Origin: an uncultured Puniceicoccaceae bacterium
GTDB taxonomy: Bacteria; Verrucomicrobiota; Verrucomicrobiia; Opitutales; Oceanipulchritudinaceae
Reading direction: 5' to 3'
NCBI GenBank assembly: GCA_963933835.1
Contig: CAWVVV010000004.1
Coordinates: 96,001 to 160,000, forward strand
Length of the DNA stretch: 64,000 bases
This document shows positions 1 through 10,009 of this stretch, piece after piece. Every line of letters starts with the position of its first letter. The stretch's first letter is position 1. The notes beneath the pieces are model-generated. The model had not been told where the DNA came from. It searched no databases and saw only the letters and a program-made list of their open reading frames with translations. Position numbers and translations under genes: made by a program.

Positions 1-179
1 AGCTTATGGATAAAGAATACGTCGTCGTCACAAATAAAATGGACGAACCAGCGGCGGTAAAAAACCTTCAAGAATTCAGGAAAGCGTTTGATGTGACGGT
101 TTGGCCAATCTCCTGTCTCACAGAAGAAGGCATTCCAGAGCTCAAGGTGGAGCTCCAAAAGGCGATTAATAGATTGTAA
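1..179 (+). CDS. obgE: GTPase Obg/CgtA, C-terminal end (gene starts upstream of window)
   Basis: Frame from base 3 reads LMDKEYVVVTNKMDEPAAVKNLQEF...VWPISCLTEEGIPEL...RL*: G4 NKxD and G5-like IS motif. Not in ORF track. Confidence 0.75.
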   Translation, partial: LMDKEYVVVTNKMDEPAAVKNLQEFRKAFDVTVWPISCLTEEGIPELKVELQKAINRL

Positions 180-227
180 TGAGGTCATCCGCTCGCGCGT
201 AGAGGTGGAGCCTCTATTCGCACACAG

Positions 228-461
228 ATGACGCACCGAATTCTTATAGTTGACGATGACCTCGAGTTTAACGCCCTGATAGGGGACGTTTTTGCTCAGG
301 CAAATTACTCAGTCGAGACCACTCCAAATGCCGAATCGGCACTAGGGCTTCTCCGCGAGGAGACGATCTCGAATCTTCCGCCTGACATGGAGGATCTCCA
401 AGCGATCGAGAATGCTACCTCGATCGAAGAAGCCATCGGCAAGAGCGCTGACAGCGAATAG
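228..461 (+). pseudogene. Truncated response-regulator receiver domain fused to an unrelated tail
   Basis: RILIVDDD...YSVETT..AESALGLL is the receiver N-terminal half. The phosphoacceptor Asp strand and conserved Lys are missing after ~nt 362. Confidence 0.6.
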
Positions 462-478
462 ATGCCGTAGTTGAAAAC

Positions 479-2416
479 CTAAGACACATTCAATGACTGG
501 TCATTGAAGTAGGTATAGCCGCGCAAGATCTGATCGTAGAGCGCAACGACCTCTCTACGCTGCCGAGGCGTTATCTTCTTTTTTCGGACGGCTTTTTCAG
601 CACTTGCTCGAAAGGCCGATGCGAGGTCGCCAGCGTCATACTCAACGTAGTCGAGGACCTGGCTGACTGAATCTCCCGTCACCTCGCCTTCGATCGTGAA
701 CTCGCCGTCGGCAATTCCAACTGATACGACGTGAGTGTCTCCCAAGAGGTTGTGCAGGTCTCCGAGGGTCTCCTGGTAAGCTCCAACTAGAAATGTGCCC
801 AGAATATAGTCTTCCCCTTCTTTAAGCGGATGAAGCGGTAACTCTTTCTCGATTCCGCGAAAATCGATGAACCGGTCAATTTTGCCATCACAGTCACAAG
901 TGATGTCTGCTAAAATCCCACGCTCGGTTGGCTGTTCGAGGTGGCGATGGATGGGCATTATAGGAAACAACTGCTCAATTGCCCACGCATCTGGCAGTGA
1001 TTGGAAAACGCTAAAATTGACGTGGTAGATATCAACAAGTGCGGCAGAGATGTTTTCTAGATCGGGCGGTGCGTATTTGCCCATCTTTTCAGCCATGACG
1101 GATATCTTTTTTAAGATGTGCCAATAGAGGCGATCTCCAAGGGCACGTTCGCGTAGTGAAATTTCTCCACGGTTGAAGAGGAGAGTCATCTCGCCGCGAT
1201 AGTAGAGGGCATCGTTCATTGCCTCCTGCAGCCCCTTTTGGGTCATCTTGCGGTGCATTTCCCATAAGTTAACAAGCAGCTGATGACTGTTCGTTGGTAA
1301 TTGATCAGGGAGCTCTAGGGGATTGAAGTTCGTTACCGCAAAGACGTTGAATAGAAGAATGGATGAGTAAGCTACGGTTGCGCGGCCAGACTCGCTTACG
1401 AGCGTAGGGTGTTCGACTTGAGCATCGTCGAGCACCTCCATGACCGCTTCAACGACGTCGGTGCAGTATTCATTGAGCCCGTAGTTGCATGAACCGGAGG
1501 AATTCGTCTTTGAGCCATCATAGTCGACGGCCAAGCCTCCGCCAATGTCGAGAAAGCCCATCGGGGCACCTTCGCGGACGAGACTGCTGTAATAGCGTGC
1601 GGCTTCGGTTGCTGCTTCTCGAATCGAGCGGATATTCGGAATTTGTGAACCCTGATGGTAGTGAAGTAGCTTGAGGCAGTCTAAGACGTCTGCTTCGCGT
1701 AACTGATCAACGACATTGACAAGCTGATTGATGTTGAGCCCAAAAACGCTTCGGTCTCCCCCCGAGTCGTTCCAGTGGCCAGAGCTCTTAGCGCTCAGTT
1801 TTATCCTGATCCCGAGCATGGGACGAATACCGAGCTCTTTTGAGCGTTTGAGAACGAGCGGGAGCTCTTCGAGCATCTCTAGAACGATTACAATTTGATG
1901 CCCGAGTCGACTCGCGAAGAGAGCTAGATCTATGAACTCCTGATCCTTATACCCATTGCAGATAACGAGCGCCTCTGGATTATCGATGTGTGCGAGCGCT
2001 GCGACCAGTTCGGGTTTGCTACCAGCTTCCAGTCCGAAGTTGAAGGGTTTTCCAGCCTCGGTAATCGATTCAATTACCTGTGCTTGCTGATTGACCTTGA
2101 TGGGGTAGACGCCGCGGTATTTGCCGCCGTAACCGAGCGCTTTCATTGCGCCTGAGAAGGTGTGATTTATGCGGGCTATCTGCGTTGCCAAAAACTCAGG
2201 GAAGCGGAGGACCACAGGGAGATCGCACCCGCGTTCTTGAAGACCTCGCGCGACTTCCAGGATCGAGACGGGGTGAGCTTTGCCAGTTTCGGGATCTGTG
2301 AGGCACGCTTCAACGTCACCTGATTTGTTGATGCGGAAGAGGTCCCGGCCCCAGCGTTCGATGCCGTAAAGGTCAGCTGCCGATGTCGGCTTCCAAGAAG
2401 AGCTCGAGGTTCCCAT
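479..2416 (-). CDS. speA: Biosynthetic arginine decarboxylase
   Basis: YPIKVNQ PLP-lysine, GLEAGSKPEL, CNGYKD, DIGGGL.VDYDGS, DITCDCDG, GAYQETLG motifs; 645 aa. Confidence 0.95.
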   Translation of the reverse strand: MGTSSSSWKPTSAADLYGIERWGRDLFRINKSGDVEACLTDPETGKAHPVSILEVARGLQERGCDLPVVLRFPEFLATQIARINHTFSGAMKALGYGGKYRGVYPIKVNQQAQVIESITEAGKPFNFGLEAGSKPELVAALAHIDNPEALVICNGYKDQEFIDLALFASRLGHQIVIVLEMLEELPLVLKRSKELGIRPMLGIRIKLSAKSSGHWNDSGGDRSVFGLNINQLVNVVDQLREADVLDCLKLLHYHQGSQIPNIRSIREAATEAARYYSSLVREGAPMGFLDIGGGLAVDYDGSKTNSSGSCNYGLNEYCTDVVEAVMEVLDDAQVEHPTLVSESGRATVAYSSILLFNVFAVTNFNPLELPDQLPTNSHQLLVNLWEMHRKMTQKGLQEAMNDALYYRGEMTLLFNRGEISLRERALGDRLYWHILKKISVMAEKMGKYAPPDLENISAALVDIYHVNFSVFQSLPDAWAIEQLFPIMPIHRHLEQPTERGILADITCDCDGKIDRFIDFRGIEKELPLHPLKEGEDYILGTFLVGAYQETLGDLHNLLGDTHVVSVGIADGEFTIEGEVTGDSVSQVLDYVEYDAGDLASAFRASAEKAVRKKKITPRQRREVVALYDQILRGYTYFNDQSLNVS

Positions 2417-2689
2417 GATATTGATAATTAGCAGTGCCTACAATTGGCCTATAAAAGACACCCATTGTTTTCTCAGAAGAGCACTTGCCGAACTTTTTCT
2501 CATCGGTGGCCAAAATATCTTTTTGACGCGCTTTGATAGCGTTTGGGCTAAGTTTTTAGCCACTTAGGCAGCAATTGAGCCCCATTTTTCAGTTCGCCTT
2601 GACCTGCCGTTTCTGCGGAGAGTCACCAATGAGTTTTGTCCGTTTTGCCTAGGGCAATCTACCTGAGAGCTTCTTAAGATACCACAAGC

Positions 2690-5600
2690 ATGCAGAATCT
2701 ATCTGATAATCTGAAAAAACAAATCGGCTTTGATCTCAATAAGGGGCACTCTGTGCTTCCGGATTCTGAGGTCGTCGAATTCATCAATCTTCAACTTTCT
2801 ACATTAGGTCAGCCGACCTATGGTGAGCCAGATTCAGATCCAATCTTAGAAATCGGCCGTGATCTTGCAGCTCACTATCGTGCGAAGGAGCGTCTTGTTG
2901 AGGCTCCGAGAGCTCCGATTGATCAACGCATCGAATCATGGTTGAATCGCTATTGCGCCGAGGCACTGAGTGGTGACAGCTTGGCACTGCCTTCTGAGAG
3001 CTTTACGCTCAGTCGTCACGGCCTAGCCCGAACGTTATCTCTTCCAGCCGATAGCGATCATTTCAGGTCTGACATTATCGACTCATACCGTATCGCTCAG
3101 GGAGTACTGCATAATCCGAAGGCAGACCGGCGCACGACAAAAGGTGTCTTCCACGTCACTGAAGGCGGGCTTCCGATTCCTGCGGATAAAAAGTCGGTGC
3201 CGAAGCAGACCTTTACGGAACTCTTCAAGGCGGCGATGAATCCGCCGAAGGCGATCATGGATCTGCCCTTTACGGCGAATCAGTCAGAAAAAGCCAAGGC
3301 ATGGGTTTCGCTCCTTCTTCGCCCCGTGGTTTGCCCAGAGGTGAAAGGCTTCATCGCTGAAAAGAGTATGGAAGTGCGCTTCTATGCCCCAGGGAATTTG
3401 GTCAGTAACCTCGACTTTGTAGAATCTATTTTTGGCAACGCTGGTGATCCCTTCCTCGCTGAAAACGATGCCGGACTAGACATTGAGCATTGGAGCGGGC
3501 ACACGGGCTGCGTCATTCTCGCAACCCACCTCCTTACGCTGAAGAAAAAGGCCGTCGGACTTCCACACATCGATGATGCAACAGATCGTCAGAAAGCTGA
3601 TGGCATGTGCTGGGAGAATGAAGAGGAGCTATACAATGATGGCTCGGCCTTCAAAATCACAGCGCGCAATGAAGAAGGTGTCATCGTTACGCTGATTGCC
3701 GACAACTACTTTGGCTACTGCAAGAAGGAGGTGAAAACACAGATTAGTTTCGCGGCTAACCTCTTTGGTTTTGTCGAGGAAGAGCACGCGGGTGGTGCGC
3801 TTGCCTTTGCTAGCTACGACTTGGGCGAAAACTTTCACCTCAGCGAGTATGTGCCAGAGGTAGATCATACGTTCGCTGAATTTCTCGAGCGACATGGAGA
3901 CGTGCTTGAACTGCGTCCCGAGGGCTTTGCGGTGGACAAGAACTATCCCGAGATTCGATACGTCCCGGAAGACGCCCATTTCTCCCTCGCAGAACAGCGA
4001 GTGACGTGGAAGAAGGGCGGTGAAGAGTCGACGATCAAGCTTCTGGCGGGACGTGTCTATGTTCTCCCGTCCGGCTACAAGGTTCACCTGAGTAAACCTG
4101 CGGAAGGACGCCGTTGGAGACTGATTGGAACGAGTGCGCAGGCTACGATGTGTCACAAGCCGTGCACAGTTAGTGGTGGTGGCAAGTCAGAGATTTCAAA
4201 ATCGATCGCTGATGCAACGATCCACATCCCGTTCTACATCAGCGATCTGCAGTCGGTTTTTGATGAGGTCGAAGCTGTCATCCATCACGACTATGGCCAT
4301 CGCTTCAAAGATACGGATATCAAAAGCAAAGATGGGCGTAAGATTCTAAGTTCAGACCGCTCTCTGGGCTCGGTCATCAAGCTGCTCACCCCGCGCAAAG
4401 AATACACCGATAAGCACAACGCTTTCGTTGAAGGCATCCCGACCCAAATCAAGGAACTCGTCCTTCTCCTTAAACGATTCTACAAGGCTGATTGGGGGGA
4501 CGACTGGCGCGAACGTTTCAGTGTCGATGTGATCAACGGGGTGGCTGGACATGAGTTAAAATACAAGAACTCAAAATTGAGTTCTAGTTATTTACGCGTG
4601 GGTTACGACAGTAAGAGTAACTGGCGTGTCTTTGGCCTTCGTAAGGATTTTGCGGCCGCCGCTAAAATCCAGATGGAAGATGATATCACAGCCTCCGTTG
4701 TGGTGCCTCGTGAACTCCTTGATGGCTTGCCAATCACAGCTCCGAATCCGTCGCTGAAATTCACCTACAATTGTGAATACCGCCTCTTCCAGCGTCCAGA
4801 CGACGCGATCATTCGAGGGTATGACAAAAAGGCAGAAGCGGACCTCTCGAGCCAGAATTCGTTCCTCTCAAACTACCAGCCGCTTACACGAGCAGAGGCT
4901 CAGGAGATCGTCGAAGACGCTGTGCGCTTTGACCACTTTACAGATCCGATGAAGAAGCGCCTGAAGGATTTTGTTTCTGAGCCAGAGACACAACCGGATT
5001 TTGTTTGTTGTTCAGCCAATCCACGTATTGTCGATGGCAGTCCGACGAAGAACCCGCGTTATCTTCAGAACCGCCTCGGGCTTGAAGATCCTGGTAGTAT
5101 CTACCTGCATCAAATGAGTTCTCGATTGTATCGGAAGTTGGATGCAGACGCCGCAATTCACTATCCTGTGAACGCCGTTTTACCGGGCCGTCGGAACAAT
5201 CCTCCGGACGGTCCGATCCGTTGTTTGGCTGTATTCAACCCCGTGCACTACATGCCACTCCCTGAGGCTTTCATGGAGTTTGTTTCGAGCATGACGGGTA
5301 AGAGTCCATCGACGACAGGGGCGGGAAGTGAAGGAGCACTGACTAAGGCTCCATTCAACGCCTTACTGCCAGTCAGTGACCTGAATTCTGCGCTGATCTC
5401 GTTCATCGTTACGGACTATAAGCCATTTGTGACGGCAGCGGGATACGTCGGTCCTAATTTCCGCGTTGATCATGATATCAGTCTACTCGTTCCGGAAATC
5501 TGGTGCCGGATGCAACTGCAGGAGCGTGATCCAGAATGGCTCATCGCGAATGGTCACCTCGAAAAGGTTGAAGATATGGTGATCGACGGGAAGGAAGTGC

Positions 5601-6145
5601 CTTCAAGTATCCTTGGTTATCGCATTACTGAGAAGTTTGTATCCGATTTCTTCGCACGGGTCTTTAGTAATCCTTCTGCTCTCTTTGATGATGCAATGTT
5701 GCGTCCTGAAAAGCAGGACATGGCTGTTTTTGCCGATGGCATTAACAACATGCTGACGACCCACAAACGCGTTTCTGAGAATTACTTTGCGGATAACAGC
5801 ATCGAGCTTGCTTGCCCGCCGCTCAAAGCACTTCTGCACATCATGCGTGATGGAAGTTTCGAGGGCATGACACTTCAAAGTCCTGAGCTGCGTGCTCTCT
5901 TTGATCGTGATACTATGATCGACAGCGATTGGTATCAGGCTCGGCTCGATGCGGCGCAAAACGCCGCTGTATCTCGCTGGCAGAAACAACAGAAATATAT
6001 CAACGGTTTGACTGAGCGCTCGACACCTGATCTCGCTGCGAAACGCAAGATAGTCGAGGCTGAGTTGGCCCGTCTCTCGTCCGCTGAATTCCGGGAATCA
6101 CTCGTCGGCACGATTGGCCGAGATCCAAACTTTATGGTCGAATAG
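2690..6145 (+). CDS. Pyrophosphate-dependent phosphoenolpyruvate carboxykinase (PPi-PEPCK) family
   Basis: 1151 aa; DNYFGYCKKEVKTQIS, CHKPCTVSGGGKSEISKS, GKSPSTTGAGSEGALTK motifs as recalled for the Entamoeba/Propionibacterium-type enzyme. Confidence 0.85.
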   Translation: MQNLSDNLKKQIGFDLNKGHSVLPDSEVVEFINLQLSTLGQPTYGEPDSDPILEIGRDLAAHYRAKERLVEAPRAPIDQRIESWLNRYCAEALSGDSLALPSESFTLSRHGLARTLSLPADSDHFRSDIIDSYRIAQGVLHNPKADRRTTKGVFHVTEGGLPIPADKKSVPKQTFTELFKAAMNPPKAIMDLPFTANQSEKAKAWVSLLLRPVVCPEVKGFIAEKSMEVRFYAPGNLVSNLDFVESIFGNAGDPFLAENDAGLDIEHWSGHTGCVILATHLLTLKKKAVGLPHIDDATDRQKADGMCWENEEELYNDGSAFKITARNEEGVIVTLIADNYFGYCKKEVKTQISFAANLFGFVEEEHAGGALAFASYDLGENFHLSEYVPEVDHTFAEFLERHGDVLELRPEGFAVDKNYPEIRYVPEDAHFSLAEQRVTWKKGGEESTIKLLAGRVYVLPSGYKVHLSKPAEGRRWRLIGTSAQATMCHKPCTVSGGGKSEISKSIADATIHIPFYISDLQSVFDEVEAVIHHDYGHRFKDTDIKSKDGRKILSSDRSLGSVIKLLTPRKEYTDKHNAFVEGIPTQIKELVLLLKRFYKADWGDDWRERFSVDVINGVAGHELKYKNSKLSSSYLRVGYDSKSNWRVFGLRKDFAAAAKIQMEDDITASVVVPRELLDGLPITAPNPSLKFTYNCEYRLFQRPDDAIIRGYDKKAEADLSSQNSFLSNYQPLTRAEAQEIVEDAVRFDHFTDPMKKRLKDFVSEPETQPDFVCCSANPRIVDGSPTKNPRYLQNRLGLEDPGSIYLHQMSSRLYRKLDADAAIHYPVNAVLPGRRNNPPDGPIRCLAVFNPVHYMPLPEAFMEFVSSMTGKSPSTTGAGSEGALTKAPFNALLPVSDLNSALISFIVTDYKPFVTAAGYVGPNFRVDHDISLLVPEIWCRMQLQERDPEWLIANGHLEKVEDMVIDGKEVPSSILGYRITEKFVSDFFARVFSNPSALFDDAMLRPEKQDMAVFADGINNMLTTHKRVSENYFADNSIELACPPLKALLHIMRDGSFEGMTLQSPELRALFDRDTMIDSDWYQARLDAAQNAAVSRWQKQQKYINGLTERSTPDLAAKRKIVEAELARLSSAEFRESLVGTIGRDPNFMVE

Positions 6146-6212
6146 TCACTGATTTTTCTCCCTTCACGTCTGCGGGGTTGCCAGAAGGCGCAGCTTCCGC
6201 AGCGTGAGGCGG

Positions 6213-7613
6213 ATGGATCGTGTTCGTGTTCGATTTGCCCCGAGTCCAACGGGTTTCTTTCATATTGGGAGTGCCCGCACGGCACTCTTCAACTGGCTTT
6301 ATGCAAAACACTTTGAAGGCGATTTCGTTCTGCGTATCGAAGACACTGATGCGGAGCGCAATGATGAAGCTTTTGTTGAACTGATTTACGAGAGTATGCG
6401 CTGGCTAGGGCTGAATTGGGATGAAGGTCCTGATATTGGCGGCCCTTTTGCTCCCTACCGGCAAAGCGAGCGAGGCGCTATCTATCTTGAATGGCTTGCG
6501 AAACTCGAGAGTGCGGGACGCGTCTACGAGAAAGACGGCGCAAAATGGTTTCGCCTCGAAGGGGAGCGATACACGGAGTACGATAGCTACCACGAAGCTG
6601 AAGTTGAAAAGGTTAAGACCGCGCCCGTTGTCATTGATGATCTCATTCGTGGCAAAGTGGAGCGCCACGAAGAGCGCGACTTCGTTATCATGCGTGCCGA
6701 TGGAAGCCCGACCTTTCACTTCGTGAACGTCGTCGATGATATTACGATGGAGATCACTCACGTTGTTCGGGGTGAAGATCATCTGAGTAACACAAGTAAA
6801 CACATCGAACTCTTTAATGCTTTTGGGGTAACGCCGCCGAAGTTCGCTCACTTGCCTCTGATTCTAAAGGACCCGTCGATGGGAAAGGGGAAAATGAGTA
6901 AACGTGATCGAGGTGCGCTCATTGAGGAATATCAGAAGCGCCACTTTTTGTCAGCTGGAGTTCGAAATGCGATCAGCTTGCTCGGTTGGTCGCCTAAAGA
7001 TGATTCGGAAGTGCTGGATATCGCCGATATTATCGAGCGCTTCGACCTCGCCGATGTGCAAAAGGGGGCTGCGCGCTTCGATGAAAAGAAGTTGGCTCAT
7101 ATAAATTTCGGGCATCTTAAGACGTTGCCACCGGAGACGTATGCTTGGCACGCGACGCCGGTCCTTGTCGAAGCCGGACTCGTTGATGACTCCAGCGAGG
7201 AGGATTACATCCAGAAGGTTCTCCGTCTCTGCCAAGAGAAGGTTAATGCACTCGAGAACTTACCTAGCTTTGCAGCCTACTTTTTCACCGATGCGTTTAA
7301 GGTGGATGAAAAGGTTGAAGCAAAACTGACGAAGAAAGGCCAACCTGCTGCCCGTGTCGCTGAAGCGCTTCCGTACCTTGAGGCTATCAGGGACTTGGAT
7401 TGGAACGTCGAACACCTCGACAGTGCCTTTGCTGCGCTTGCTCAGGCTCATGGCCAAGAGAAACCCTTTCAATGGTGGCCGTCGCTGCGTTTTGCGCTCA
7501 GTGGCGTGAGCTCAGGTCCTGACTTTCTTCCCATGCTTGAGGTGATGGGGCGTGAGCGTGTCCTATCTCGGTCGAAGGCGTTCTGTGCGAAAGATGAGGC
7601 AGACAGTGTATAG
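6213..7613 (+). CDS. gltX: Glutamate--tRNA ligase
   Basis: [12 protein letters not shown] (HIGH), [23 protein letters not shown] 6213 preferred over GTG 6204. Confidence 0.95.
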   Translation: MDRVRVRFAPSPTGFFHIGSARTALFNWLYAKHFEGDFVLRIEDTDAERNDEAFVELIYESMRWLGLNWDEGPDIGGPFAPYRQSERGAIYLEWLAKLESAGRVYEKDGAKWFRLEGERYTEYDSYHEAEVEKVKTAPVVIDDLIRGKVERHEERDFVIMRADGSPTFHFVNVVDDITMEITHVVRGEDHLSNTSKHIELFNAFGVTPPKFAHLPLILKDPSMGKGKMSKRDRGALIEEYQKRHFLSAGVRNAISLLGWSPKDDSEVLDIADIIERFDLADVQKGAARFDEKKLAHINFGHLKTLPPETYAWHATPVLVEAGLVDDSSEEDYIQKVLRLCQEKVNALENLPSFAAYFFTDAFKVDEKVEAKLTKKGQPAARVAEALPYLEAIRDLDWNVEHLDSAFAALAQAHGQEKPFQWWPSLRFALSGVSSGPDFLPMLEVMGRERVLSRSKAFCAKDEADSV

Positions 7614-7691
7614 AATTTCATCAATGAGCGTCGCGTTTTCTCTTTCTTCGCTGAGCGCGAGGCGTCTCAATAGTCTTTTGTCCCAATATTA

Positions 7692-9359
7692 ATGGAAGAG
7701 AACACACCCAACCACTTTATCGCACAGGCGATCACTGAAGACCTCGCATCGGGGCGCAGCGAAAACATCCTCACTCGTTTTCCTCCGGAGCCGAATGGCT
7801 ATTTGCACATCGGGCATGCCAAGGCGATTTCGATCAGCTTCGAAATGGCGAAAGCTTTTGGCGGAAAAATGAATCTACGGATGGATGATACCAATCCGGA
7901 CAAGGAAGATGCGGAGTTCGTCGAGGCGATCCAAGAAGACATGCGCTGGCTCGGATACGACTGGGACCACTATTGCTACGCTTCGGACCATTTCGGAAAG
8001 CTCTACGGCTTCGCGCAGGATCTGGTTCGCAAAGGTCTCGCCTACGTCGATGATCAGAGTGGCGAGGAAATGAGCCACACGCGTGGGTCATTGACCGATG
8101 CTGGTCAGGACAGCCCATACCGCTCGCGTTCATCAGAGGAAAATCTCGATCTCTTAGCGCGGATGAGAGCAGGTGAGTTTGAAAACGGCGAAAAGGTGCT
8201 GCGGGCAAAGATCGATATGGCGAGCCCGAACCTAAATATGCGCGATCCTGTGCTCTACCGGGTAAAACGGGTTCACCATGATCGCACTGGAGACGACTGG
8301 CCGATCTATCCAACTTATGATTTTGCCCACGGTCAGAGCGATTCGATTGAGGGAATTACTCATTCACTGTGTTCTTTGGAGTTCGAAGACCACCGGCCGC
8401 TCTATGACTGGCTCATCGAGAAACTGGAAATCTTCCCGAGCCGACAAATTGAGTTCGCACGGCTGAGCCTGCCTTACACCGTGACTTCAAAGCGGAAGCT
8501 GCGGCAACTTGTTGAAGAAGGTCACGTTGATGGTTGGGACGACCCGAGAATGCCAACTTTGCGTGGCATGCGTCGACGTGGTTTCCGTCCTTCTGCCATT
8601 CATGCGTTTCTAGAACGAACGGGAGTGACTAAGTTTCCAGGCACGACTGAATACGAACTCCTCGAGTTCTGCGTTCGGCAAGACCTCGAGACCTCGGCAG
8701 ATCGCCGAATGGTCGTGCTGGATCCGCTAAAAGTTGTCATCAAGAACTTCACAGAAGGCGAAACGGAGTGGTATCCAGGTCCAAACCATCCAGCCGATGA
8801 GAGTCGGGGGACGCGTGATGTGCCATTGACGCGTGAAATCTATATCGACCGAGCTGATTTCATGGAGGATCCGCCGAAGAAATTTTTCCGCCTTGGGCCG
8901 GGTAGGGAAGTGCGCCTACGCTATGCGTGCTACATCACGTGCACAGATGTGGTGAAAGATGCAGAGGGCACGGTCACTGAACTCCATGCTGAATTTGATC
9001 CCGAGAGCCGCGGCGCTTCGACGCCGGATAATCGCAGAGTGAAGGGCACGATCCATTGGGTGTCAGCGACTGAGAATAGACCGGTCGAAGTGCGTCTCTA
9101 TGAGAAGCTGTTCTCAACGACGGATCCTGAGGATACAGGCGAGGGCGGTTCATTTCTTAAAAACCTGAACCCAGATAGCCTTAAAACGGTGCAGGCTTTT
9201 GGTGAACCGGCGATCGATAAAACTGAGGCGGGAGCCCCCATTCAATTCGAGCGAAAAGGCTACTTTGCCCTCGATGGGCAGAGCACGGATGAGCGCATTA
9301 TTTTGAATCGAACGGTCTCGCTGAAAGATAGTTGGAGTAAGAAACAGGCGGCCAAGTAA
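7692..9359 (+). CDS. glnS: Glutamine--tRNA ligase
   Basis: TRFPPEPNGYLHIGHAK, DDTNP, SLEFEDHRPLY, GWDDPRMPT, KGTIHWVS. Confidence 0.96.
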   Translation: MEENTPNHFIAQAITEDLASGRSENILTRFPPEPNGYLHIGHAKAISISFEMAKAFGGKMNLRMDDTNPDKEDAEFVEAIQEDMRWLGYDWDHYCYASDHFGKLYGFAQDLVRKGLAYVDDQSGEEMSHTRGSLTDAGQDSPYRSRSSEENLDLLARMRAGEFENGEKVLRAKIDMASPNLNMRDPVLYRVKRVHHDRTGDDWPIYPTYDFAHGQSDSIEGITHSLCSLEFEDHRPLYDWLIEKLEIFPSRQIEFARLSLPYTVTSKRKLRQLVEEGHVDGWDDPRMPTLRGMRRRGFRPSAIHAFLERTGVTKFPGTTEYELLEFCVRQDLETSADRRMVVLDPLKVVIKNFTEGETEWYPGPNHPADESRGTRDVPLTREIYIDRADFMEDPPKKFFRLGPGREVRLRYACYITCTDVVKDAEGTVTELHAEFDPESRGASTPDNRRVKGTIHWVSATENRPVEVRLYEKLFSTTDPEDTGEGGSFLKNLNPDSLKTVQAFGEPAIDKTEAGAPIQFERKGYFALDGQSTDERIILNRTVSLKDSWSKKQAAK

Positions 9360-9464
9360 AGGCTTAGGAAGAAAAAGTCCCTTGAAACGCGCATTTTATG
9401 TGCTAAACCATTGACAGAGAGCTTTCGATTCGGCGTTTTAACCGATTTCCCAAAAACCCAGACC

Positions 9465-9590
9465 ATGAAAGTCGCAGCATCCCTTAAGTCGTTGAAAAAT
9501 CGTCACCCTGATTGCCAAGTCGTGCGCCGCAAAGGCCGCGTCTATGTAATCTGCAAAACAAACCCACGTTTCAAAGCCCGCCAAGGTTGA
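9465..9590 (+). CDS. rpmJ: 50S ribosomal protein L36, type B (Zn-ribbon-disrupted)
   Basis: Manual translation [41 protein letters not shown]; below the ORF-track length cut-off. Confidence 0.95.
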   Translation: MKVAASLKSLKNRHPDCQVVRRKGRVYVICKTNPRFKARQG

Positions 9591-9626
9591 GGCTCATTGA
9601 AACTACCTAATTAAGGGATATATAAG

Positions 9627-9869
9627 ATGAAGAGTGATCTACACCCAAAACTGAATCCGGTCTGTTTCCGCGACGTTTCCTCTAGTAAAAACTTCCTCAC
9701 GATGGCTGCGATGAAGTCAGATCGCAAAGAAGAGATCGATGGGACGGAGTATTTTGTTGTCGTTCGTGACGTCACGATGGACTCACACCCTGCTTACACA
9801 GGTGAGAAGCGCTTCGTTGATGCCGCAGGACGCGTTGAGAAATTCCAAACGAAATTCCGTCGCCGCTAA
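9627..9869 (+). CDS. rpmE2: 50S ribosomal protein L31, type B
   Basis: MKSDLHP...FRD...DSHPAYTG...DAAGRVEKF; 80 aa, no CxC/CxxC pairs. Confidence 0.93.
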   Translation: MKSDLHPKLNPVCFRDVSSSKNFLTMAAMKSDRKEEIDGTEYFVVVRDVTMDSHPAYTGEKRFVDAAGRVEKFQTKFRRR

Positions 9870-9898
9870 ATTCAGTTCGCGAAATAATTTTTAAGTAG

Positions 9899-9932
9899 AA
9901 GGCCCGGATCTAGCATCCGGGCCTTTTTTTTT
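9899..9932 (+). terminator. Intrinsic terminator after rpmJ-rpmE2
   Basis: AAGGCCCGGAT-ctagc-ATCCGGGCCTT followed by a T run. Confidence 0.9.
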
Positions 9933-10009
9933 GTCTCCGTAGTGCCATTGTCACTTGCTAGGCAGGTTGGAGCGTTTGAAACTACCTCTTCTCACTCCGT
10001 ATTCCCCCT

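Noticed and set aside
2417..2689. Riboswitch or leader peptide between speA and PPi-PEPCK
   Set aside because: Only short hairpins (e.g. GGCTAA-gttt-TTAGCC); no recognisable aptamer or Arg-rich uORF.
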